This document shows positions 1 through 5,088 of a DNA stretch of 5,088 nucleotides, piece by piece. Source of the DNA: an uncultured Bacilli bacterium (GTDB lineage: Bacteria; Bacillota_I; Bacilli_A; RF39; UBA660); the NCBI GenBank assembly GCA_910578745.1, contig CAJTSN010000027.1, positions 1-5,088 of the forward strand, read 5' to 3'. The stretch's first letter is position 1, and each line of letters opens with the position of its first letter. The notes under the pieces were generated by a model. It was not told the origin of the DNA. It did no database searches and saw nothing but the letters and a program-made list of their open reading frames with translations. The position numbers were made by a program, and so were the translations under genes.

Positions 1-176
1 CCCCTAAATTTGTCAAGATAAAAAGTGGTTATACTAGAATAAATTGTTACAGTTTACGATTGATATAAAAATTTATAAAATTCGAATATTCAATAAATCA
101 CGAATCATAAACTACGACAGAATTGTTTTACAATAAAATGAATGTTGTATAAAATTGTTCCACGCCAAAAAGAAGC

Positions 177-199
177 AAAAAAAATCGCATTTCTGCGAT
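177..199 (-). terminator. Rho-independent terminator-like hairpin, strongest on the minus strand and possibly bidirectional
   Basis: ATCGCA-TTTC-TGCGAT (184..199) forms a perfect 6-bp stem with a 4-nt loop. On the minus strand it is followed by a T run of 7-8 (A run 177..184 on the plus strand). On the plus strand it is followed by GATTTTATT. It lies ~280 nt downstream of the stop at 481. The stem is short, so confidence is moderate. Confidence 0.45.
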
Positions 200-480
200 G
201 ATTTTATTACGAATTTTCAAAATCTATAATAGTCATTTTCTTTATAAAATAAGGAATAAAACGTTTACTGTTCTATCAAAATGTAATGATATTAGGAATA
301 TTTAGTTCGTTTAGGTACTATTCCCTTTTTATTGTATGAGATCTGTTTCATCTATATACATTGTACTCGATTTTTTTATGCTATGCAAGTTTCCGATTTG
401 GACAGATTTTGCTTATGAAAATGCTAGGTTATTCTAGAAATTTTTATTTTGATAAATTCATTCACATACCCTTTAAACGA

Positions 481-1764
481 CTATTTTTTATCTTCTAAAA
501 TATATACATTTCCTGGATTGATTTGGAAAGCGTCCTCATAAATAATCCAATCCGTAACTTCCCCTATTTTGTAGAAACCTTCATCTCCTTCATGCATATT
601 TTTTACATGATAAGGTTCCTGTAAAAGCTTACAGTGTAATTTTCCTTCCTTTATTTCTAAAAGTTCAAACCAAATGTGTTCTAAATGATCCTCATCCGCT
701 TCCTCTGTCTGCAATCCAATTTTAACAATCACTTGATTTTTCTTATTTTTAAGTGCTTCTTCCACATAAGAAAATCTTTCAATAGCAAGGGATTTCATTC
801 GATCTGTTTCTTCATTACTCAAAAAGAAGATTGGATTTTCACCCCATAAATCATTATACACAGAAACTTTGCTTAAAACTTGTTTTTTCTCATCTTCTTC
901 ACTTTGATAAATAAAAATTAAACTTGTTTTACTATTATGACCTGTTTTACGGTCCTCTAAATTACCTAGCTTCAATTTTTTATATTCATGCAAACCCAAC
1001 GTCCAAGAAATGCAAGTAGCAACGACAGGTTGTCCGTTATTTAATAGACCAATATAAATTCCTTCTTCTGGAAAATGGGTTTCATTCTTTTTATCTAAAA
1101 GATAACTTGCAAAAGTGGCTATCAAATTATAATGATTATTGTAATTTTCTGTATCAGATTCAAGAATTTCTAATTCTGTTAAACCACAACGACATAATCC
1201 ATGCGTATGCAACCAAACCTCCCCATTTTTACCTGATACTGCTTGTACAGTATATAAATCATTCGCACTTGGATATACTTCTGTACGAATTGACATTCGA
1301 ACCCAATTCGCTGGCAATAATTTTTCTGCACTTTCATCCATTACAGCCAATAAATTTGGCATGATCGCATGTATCAGTTTTAATTGGAGATGAAAGGACT
1401 TTTTTGCATTCTCATTAAATTTCATATAGATAGTAAGAGCAATTTTTGTATTTTTTAACTTTTCAATATCTTCTGCTTTAAAAAAATAAGTAGGTAAAAC
1501 ATAATAATCTTCAAAATGAAAATTCGTTGGGAAAAAACCGACCTCAAATTCTTCTGCCTTATAACGTATTTTCATATACCCATCCGCTTGATCACTCATA
1601 TCTCTCTTCTCAAGAATTTCTACTCCAGAAATAGTCTCTACACGGTCAAAAATGCCTTCTAAAGGATTCTCCTCTTCATGTTCTGGAATTGCTAACATGT
1701 AAGATTTTTCCTCCCAATATCCCAAAGGTGCTTCTGTATATGATACTTTCGTTTTTTTAAACAT
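481..1764 (-). CDS. Uncharacterised protein resembling DUF4026 (central WLHTHGLCRCGLTELE block) with a C-terminal DUF2314-like domain
   Basis: 427-aa ORF with a perfect AGGAGG RBS and its own promoter. The C-terminal EHIWFELLEIKEGKLHCKLLQEPYHVKNMHEGDEGFYKIGEVTDWIIY matches my recollection of the DUF2314 pattern (E-h-h-W-h-E ... G-x-L-x-N/Q-x-P ... G-D ... DW). The central GEVWLHTHGLCRCGLTELEI block matches my recollection of DUF4026. I saw no signal peptide, transmembrane segment or known catalytic motif. The family assignment is from memory and was not searched. Confidence 0.55.
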   Translation of the reverse strand: MFKKTKVSYTEAPLGYWEEKSYMLAIPEHEEENPLEGIFDRVETISGVEILEKRDMSDQADGYMKIRYKAEEFEVGFFPTNFHFEDYYVLPTYFFKAEDIEKLKNTKIALTIYMKFNENAKKSFHLQLKLIHAIMPNLLAVMDESAEKLLPANWVRMSIRTEVYPSANDLYTVQAVSGKNGEVWLHTHGLCRCGLTELEILESDTENYNNHYNLIATFASYLLDKKNETHFPEEGIYIGLLNNGQPVVATCISWTLGLHEYKKLKLGNLEDRKTGHNSKTSLIFIYQSEEDEKKQVLSKVSVYNDLWGENPIFFLSNEETDRMKSLAIERFSYVEEALKNKKNQVIVKIGLQTEEADEDHLEHIWFELLEIKEGKLHCKLLQEPYHVKNMHEGDEGFYKIGEVTDWIIYEDAFQINPGNVYILEDKK

Positions 1765-1771
1765 ACTTTTG

Positions 1772-1777
1772 CCTCCT
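1772..1777 (-). promoter_or_regulatory. Shine-Dalgarno site for the DUF4026/DUF2314-like gene
   Basis: The minus strand reads AGGAGG, followed by a 7-nt spacer and then the ATG at 1764..1762. Confidence 0.75.
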
Positions 1778-1798
1778 CGTATTTATTTTTCTACATTT

Positions 1799-1827
1799 AT
1801 CATACAAAAAAAATGTCTTTTTTTCAA
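1799..1827 (-). promoter_or_regulatory. Candidate sigma-A-type promoter for the DUF4026/DUF2314-like gene
   Basis: The minus strand reads TTGAAA (1827..1822), a 17-nt spacer, then TATGAT (1804..1799). This lies about 35 nt upstream of the ATG at 1764. Confidence 0.5.
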
Positions 1828-1849
1828 GTCATTTTCTTTTAAAGCCTCC

Positions 1850-1858
1850 ATTATAACA
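1850..1858 (-). promoter_or_regulatory. Alternative extended -10 element (TGTTATAAT) upstream of the same gene
   Basis: The minus strand reads TG-T-TATAAT, a perfect extended -10. There is no recognisable -35 at 17-nt spacing (GCGTGT). Confidence 0.3.
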
Positions 1859-2033
1859 AAACAAATCCAGAGACACGCCTTCATTTTTTCTCTTAAATGC
1901 ATCCTCATTTCTATTCATATACTTTGTCCTATGTACAGTTAAACCTACTTTTTTATAAAAAAGATACCTCTATCTGAATTACTTCCTTATTCCTCTATTT
2001 TCAATCGTATTTACTCAAACTTCTAATCGTTAC

Positions 2034-2795
2034 TCAATTTAACGATTTAGAATCATAAATAAAATGATAAGGATATCCTCTTTTATCTATATTATCTAAG
2101 TTCAAATTTAGTTGTTTAGCTAATTCAAGTAATTTATCATATTCTTCCATAATAGAAGTATCGTAGTTTTTTACTTCTATTTCTATGAAATATCCCAAAT
2201 TTTGAACATAATCAAGGGCAATTTCATACTTATTAAGATAGAAATATGTTTTCCTTATTTTATTTACAATTGCTATGATTTCTAAATCTAAAACTTTAAA
2301 AATCTTATCTAAATTTTTCTCATCATCTACTTCAACCTCATATTCATCACAATACTTATTATCATACCATTTTTTATAATTCACTATTTTTTTATTTCCC
2401 CTTACTCCAATTCTTAGCCATTCATCAATACTTTCATTATCACTTTTTAAAAATTTTCTATAAGTAGGTTGATAATATTGGTCGACCTGTCTACTTTCAT
2501 TCAAAAATACAGCACACTTTTTCATAAATGATTCTATAGTTTCAAATTCTTCTTTTGAAAGTCTTACCTTTATTTCTGTTTCAATATCACTTTTTTCTAT
2601 ATCCCCGTAAATAAGATAACTTATACTACAAGAAAATAATTCACTTAATTTCATTAGCACCTCTAAACCAGGCTCTGTTCGATTCAACTCCCAACTTGAT
2701 ACCGTTTTATCAGTTACAAAGATTTTATCTGCCAACTCCGTTTGTGTCCACTTCTTCCTTTTCCTTAAATCCGCTATTCGTTCACCTAAATTCAT
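2034..2795 (-). CDS. XRE-family HTH fused to a CYTH domain (CyaB-like class IV adenylate cyclase / triphosphate tunnel metalloenzyme fold)
   Basis: The ORF track gives 2034..2804, but codon 1 there is GTG. I favour the ATG at 2795 (MNLGERIADLRKRKKWTQTELADKIFVTDKTVSSWELNRTEP...), which is a canonical XRE N-terminus preceded by GAGGTG. The C-terminal ~180 aa carry the CYTH charge pattern: ETEIK, the ExExK signature (track aa 75-79, nt 2568..2582, verified); QVDQYY; LRIGVRG; NYKK; EYEVEV; KIRKTY; ALDYVQNLGYFIEIEV (FIEIEV at nt 2172..2189, verified); and a GYPY tail. Confidence 0.8.
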   Translation of the reverse strand: MNLGERIADLRKRKKWTQTELADKIFVTDKTVSSWELNRTEPGLEVLMKLSELFSCSISYLIYGDIEKSDIETEIKVRLSKEEFETIESFMKKCAVFLNESRQVDQYYQPTYRKFLKSDNESIDEWLRIGVRGNKKIVNYKKWYDNKYCDEYEVEVDDEKNLDKIFKVLDLEIIAIVNKIRKTYFYLNKYEIALDYVQNLGYFIEIEVKNYDTSIMEEYDKLLELAKQLNLNLDNIDKRGYPYHFIYDSKSLN

Positions 2796-2801
2796 TTTCC
2801 T

Positions 2802-2807
2802 CACCTC
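2802..2807 (-). promoter_or_regulatory. Shine-Dalgarno site for the HTH-CYTH gene
   Basis: The minus strand reads GAGGTG, followed by a 6-nt spacer and then the ATG at 2795..2793. This RBS lies inside the first codons of the ORF-track model, which starts at GTG 2804. That placement argues for the ATG start. Confidence 0.6.
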
Positions 2808-2830
2808 TTAAATTAATGATACCATAGTAT

Positions 2831-2883
2831 AGATTCAATCGTTCTCTACATTTTGTAGAATAATAATTTGATCTATTGAATCT
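2831..2883. repeat. Nested inverted repeats (operator-like) overlapping the HTH-CYTH promoter
   Basis: The outer repeat is a perfect 9-bp inverted repeat, AGATTCAAT (2831..2839) and ATTGAATCT (2875..2883). The inner repeat is a perfect palindrome, TCTACA-TTT-TGTAGA (2845..2859). The inner palindrome sits immediately downstream of the putative -10, at the predicted TSS. The right outer arm abuts the putative -35. Confidence 0.45.
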
Positions 2884-2888
2884 TTCAC
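2860..2888 (-). promoter_or_regulatory. Candidate sigma-A/sigma-70-type promoter for the HTH-CYTH gene
   Basis: The minus strand reads GTGAAA (2888..2883), a 17-nt spacer, then TATTAT (2865..2860). The predicted TSS near 2853 gives a ~58-nt leader to the ATG at 2795. Confidence 0.4.
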
Positions 2889-2911
2889 TTATGAAATAAT
2901 CGATTTTCCAT

Positions 2912-2951
2912 AAAAAAAACATCGAAATTATTTTGAATATCAATGTTTTTT
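2912..2951 (-). terminator. Possible weak intrinsic terminator downstream of the HerA/XRE operon
   Basis: The minus-strand RNA would read ACAUUGA-(14-nt loop)-UCGAUGU, a 7-bp core stem including one U-G wobble, followed by a U run (A run at 2912..2919 on the plus strand). Flanking A/T runs can extend the stem to 2914..2925 / 2940..2951. The stem is AT-rich and the loop is large, so predicted stability is low. Confidence 0.3.
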
Positions 2952-3025
2952 ACAGAAATACCTTAGAGTTCATTTCATTTTTTAACAATTCCACCTTATA
3001 GTAATCCAGATTTTTTCAAAAAAAT

Positions 3026-3292
3026 CTATTCTTCCCTTAAAAAAGCATCTAAAGGTTTTTCAAAAAGAATACTGAACTTTATAAGAAGTTTTAAAGAACA
3101 ACTTTTTGTCAAATCGTTAAAAGACTCAATTCTTCTTAAATAGTCATAAGAAATATCTAATCGTTCGGCTACTTCCATGCCCGAAAGTCCACTTTCCCTT
3201 CTAAACTTCTTTATATTCTTATAAATAATGGGCATATAATCCCGATGCAATTGCTCTTTTTTTGTATCCATAAGAAAATTTAAGCCTTCCAT
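3026..3292 (-). CDS. Small XRE-family (HTH_3-like) DNA-binding protein, likely translationally coupled to the HerA-like gene
   Basis: 88-aa ORF. IYKNIKKFRRESGLSGMEVAERLDISYDYLRRIES...LKLLIKFSILFEKPLDAFL fits the Cro/C1/XRE helix-turn-helix pattern. The ATG at 3292..3290 overlaps the HerA stop (3280..3282) by 13 nt. The start is uncertain: an in-frame ATG at 3271..3269 (MDTKK...) is an alternative, and neither has a strong SD. Confidence 0.7.
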   Translation of the reverse strand: MEGLNFLMDTKKEQLHRDYMPIIYKNIKKFRRESGLSGMEVAERLDISYDYLRRIESFNDLTKSCSLKLLIKFSILFEKPLDAFLREE

Positions 3293-5031
3293 CTCGCTTC
3301 TACATCACAGTTACTGCTATGTGGTGGTGGAGCAGGTGGATCCATTTTTATAATAATAGGAATTCGAAAAGCCTTACCAAATCCTACACAAGTACCAGGT
3401 TGTAAACTTTTTTGTTTTTCAATAATTTCTTGATTAATATTGGGAAGCATTTTTGCAATATAATCTAAATCTCTTGGATGATTCATTTTAAAAATTAAAA
3501 AATTAGAACACTGTGAAATAACGGTTTCTGAAATTTCAACTGGTCTTTGCGAAATTAAATTGAAAACCAATCCATATTTTCTTCCCTCTTTCGCAACTCG
3601 ATCAAAAATATTATAACCAAGTAAAAATTTATCATTATCATTTTGAACATAACGATGTGCTTCTTCTAAAAAAATATGAAATGGAATAGAGGCTCTCACT
3701 TTTAAAGATTTCGTAAACGTAAATAACATTTTTGTATAAATTTTCGTAATCACTTTTGCAATACGATCCTCAATATCCTCCAAATTAAAGTTAATAATCT
3801 GTGCTTTTTTCCCGGGTGCATAAGTAACAAGAGAAGCTATATAATTTTCTAAAGTGATATATTGTGGGTAATGAAAATACTTTGCATTTTCGCCAATCAC
3901 AATCGAATGGAGTCTTACCTTTAAAGCAATTGCTTCACTATATGTTTTCTGGTTTCTTAAAAGACCTTCTGATATTAAAGTAAAACTTAAGGCTTTTTCC
4001 AAATCTTCTAAAGTAAAATAATGACTTTCTTTTGCTTCATATTTATCTAAGCTATCATCAATAAAATCAGAAATATATTGTGTAACTAAAATACTTTCTG
4101 TAAAATTTCCTTCTTTATCGATAATAAAACAATCTCTAAATTTACGAACATAGCCAATTCCTTGTACAGGAGCCTCTAAATTAAACGCTTCTGTCGAACA
4201 AGTGGCAAGGATAGAAAAAATATCATTTCTCTTTGCTGTTGCACTTTGATTTGTATATAAAATTGTCATAATTGCCTTTGCAATTAAATGATTTTTATAA
4301 TTAACAGACATTTCATCTGATTCAGAGAAAATTCGTACCAATTTAAGCATTTCTTCTATAATCGGTAATTGCGAATGATCGGTTGCATCTAGTAATAAAG
4401 CCATATCATCGACATCTAGAAGCCATAAAGGAATAGAAAGCAAATTCCCTTCTGTATCATTTACATTGGTCGTATAGTATTTAAAATAAAAATTGGGATT
4501 GATTTTATTAATATCTCGAAAAGCTGTATGGTATTCACCATATGCATCAAAAATAAAAAAATTAGAACGAATTGGAACTACATTTTTGTTTGTAAACACA
4601 TTCTGCATCAACCTTGCAAGTCCCCAAGATTTACCACTTCCTGTATTTCCAAAAATAGCAGAGTGATTCGAAAACATATCATTTACATCAATATAAAGGG
4701 GAAAATCATTATAAAGAGGCGATCTTCCTATTAACATACTACTTTGCGTTTCTCTTCCGACAATCAGTCCAAATTCCTCTTCTGTAATGATACGAACATT
4801 TGCAGATAAACTTGGTTTACGAATGACACCACCTAAAAAACGGTTATTTTGAATTTCTCCTAAAAAACGAACTTTAATGAGTTCCATATCCATATCTTCA
4901 ACTTCACCAATAATTTTCTTTTTGTTGTCCTCAAAGACAATATGCATATTCATCATATCTTGCGCTAAAACATTACCTTCTATTTTGATATGTGCTACAT
5001 TATCAGATATATATATAATTTTACCTATCAT
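3280..5031 (-). CDS. HerA-like / DUF87-family P-loop ATPase (FtsK-HerA superfamily) with an N-terminal barrel-like domain
   Basis: 583-aa ORF with a good RBS. Walker A GNTGSGKS is at aa 128-135 (nt 4627..4650, verified by back-translation). Walker B FHIFLEEAH is at aa 451-459 (nt 3655..3681, verified). NLISQRP...VISQCSNFLIFKMNHPRDLDYI at aa 491-525 matches the arginine-finger/sensor block typical of HerA/DUF87. The N-terminus MIGKIIYISDNVAHIKIEGNV... resembles a HAS-barrel. About 315 aa separate Walker A from Walker B, implying a large insertion. I saw no transmembrane segment. Confidence 0.85.
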   Translation of the reverse strand: MIGKIIYISDNVAHIKIEGNVLAQDMMNMHIVFEDNKKKIIGEVEDMDMELIKVRFLGEIQNNRFLGGVIRKPSLSANVRIITEEEFGLIVGRETQSSMLIGRSPLYNDFPLYIDVNDMFSNHSAIFGNTGSGKSWGLARLMQNVFTNKNVVPIRSNFFIFDAYGEYHTAFRDINKINPNFYFKYYTTNVNDTEGNLLSIPLWLLDVDDMALLLDATDHSQLPIIEEMLKLVRIFSESDEMSVNYKNHLIAKAIMTILYTNQSATAKRNDIFSILATCSTEAFNLEAPVQGIGYVRKFRDCFIIDKEGNFTESILVTQYISDFIDDSLDKYEAKESHYFTLEDLEKALSFTLISEGLLRNQKTYSEAIALKVRLHSIVIGENAKYFHYPQYITLENYIASLVTYAPGKKAQIINFNLEDIEDRIAKVITKIYTKMLFTFTKSLKVRASIPFHIFLEEAHRYVQNDNDKFLLGYNIFDRVAKEGRKYGLVFNLISQRPVEISETVISQCSNFLIFKMNHPRDLDYIAKMLPNINQEIIEKQKSLQPGTCVGFGKAFRIPIIIKMDPPAPPPHSSNCDVEARWKA

Positions 5032-5039
5032 TCATGTAT

Positions 5040-5046
5040 CTCCTTC
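5040..5046 (-). promoter_or_regulatory. Shine-Dalgarno site for the HerA-like gene
   Basis: The minus strand reads GAAGGAG, followed by an 8-nt spacer (ATACATGA) and then the ATG at 5031..5029. Confidence 0.7.
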
Positions 5047-5088
5047 TTATAAAATTTCTTCTATTTTTTCTTTTAATTCTTTCTCTTG
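5047..5088 (-). CDS. 3' end of an upstream gene truncated by the window edge. It is the candidate partner or effector of the HerA-like ATPase. Product unknown.
   Basis: The reverse complement of 5088..5047 reads CAA GAG AAA GAA TTA AAA GAA AAA ATA GAA GAA ATT TTA TAA, which translates to ...QEKELKEKIEEIL*. The stop at 5047..5049 directly abuts the HerA RBS, leaving a 15-nt gap to the HerA ATG. A second reading frame is also open over these 42 nt, so the frame assignment is tentative. Confidence 0.3.
   Translation of the reverse strand, partial: QEKELKEKIEEIL

Noticed and set aside
10-35. Plus-strand promoter-like pair TTGTCA (10..15) and TATACT (30..35)
   Set aside because: The spacer is only 14 nt and there is no plus-strand gene downstream. 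The same bases read as a perfect TTGACA -35 on the minus strand (11..16), but its -10 would lie outside the window and cannot be evaluated.
199-306. 35-codon plus-strand ORF (MILLRIFKIYNSHFLYKIRNK...)
   Set aside because: It has no RBS, begins inside the terminator hairpin, and has an AT-driven low-complexity composition. It is most likely a chance ORF.
1107-1364. 85-aa plus-strand ORF from the six-frame track
   Set aside because: It lies entirely inside the 427-aa minus-strand gene. I saw no RBS, and its low-complexity L/I/N/Y-rich composition is typical of an antisense shadow ORF in AT-rich DNA.
1948-1963. Perfect 16-nt palindrome CTTTTTTATAAAAAAG downstream of the HTH-CYTH stop, considered as a terminator
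   Set aside because: All stem pairs but one are A-T and there is essentially no loop, so the hairpin would be too unstable for an intrinsic terminator. Palindromes like this arise easily in A/T runs.
3008-3027. Inverted repeat AGATTTTTT-CA-AAAAAATCT overlapping the stop codon of the small XRE gene, considered as a terminator
   Set aside because: The stem is almost pure A-T with a 2-nt loop, and no U run follows it on the minus strand. The 2912..2951 structure is a somewhat better candidate, though still weak.
4528-4734. 68-aa plus-strand ORF from the six-frame track
   Set aside because: It is antisense to the Walker A region of the HerA-like gene. It has no RBS and a K/I/R-rich shadow-frame composition, while the minus-strand frame carries clear conserved motifs.
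3280-5031. Alternative reading of the 583-aa ATPase as a conjugative VirB4/TraC-type or FtsK-type translocase marking a mobile element
   Set aside because: I saw no transmembrane segments, no other conjugation, relaxase or integrase genes in the window. The N-terminal barrel-like segment and the LEEAH/SQRP blocks fit HerA/DUF87 better. This is not formally excluded without profile searches.
1-5088. Search for CRISPR arrays, tRNA/rRNA genes, IS elements or long direct repeats
   Set aside because: I found no regularly spaced repeats, no cloverleaf-like GC-rich segments, no transposase or integrase ORFs, and no long repeats by eye. Only short AT-rich palindromes are present.

Overview
This is an AT-rich window with strong AGGAGG-type ribosome-binding sites, which suggests a low-GC Firmicute-like genome. 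All credible genes lie on the minus strand. Reading in the direction of transcription (high to low coordinates), the window contains: (1) the last ~13 codons of a gene cut off by the window edge (5047..5088); (2) 15 nt downstream, a 583-aa HerA/DUF87-type ATPase with intact Walker A (GNTGSGKS), Walker B (FHIFLEEAH) and SQRP motifs (3280..5031); (3) an 88-aa XRE-family HTH protein whose start overlaps the HerA stop by 13 nt (3026..3292); (4) a 221-bp intergenic region holding a weak terminator-like hairpin, a sigma-A-like promoter and nested inverted repeats; (5) an XRE HTH fused to a complete CYTH domain (CyaB class IV adenylate cyclase / triphosphate tunnel metalloenzyme) with the ExExK signature intact (2034..2795, or 2804 with the GTG start); (6) a 427-aa protein resembling DUF4026 + DUF2314 families, with its own promoter (481..1764); (7) 480 bp of non-coding AT-rich DNA containing a hairpin-plus-T-run terminator. 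I found no rRNA, tRNA, CRISPR array, transposase or integrase. The main lead is the co-directional cluster of [truncated partner]-HerA-XRE plus XRE-CYTH. HerA ATPases of this type are the scaffolding or motor subunit of two-gene anti-phage systems (SIR2-HerA, DUF4297-HerA) in which the effector gene sits immediately upstream, exactly where this window is cut. I do not recognise a translationally coupled XRE regulator and an adjacent HTH-CYTH fusion as parts of any described system. All functional calls come from motif recognition by eye and need HMM or structure searches to confirm.
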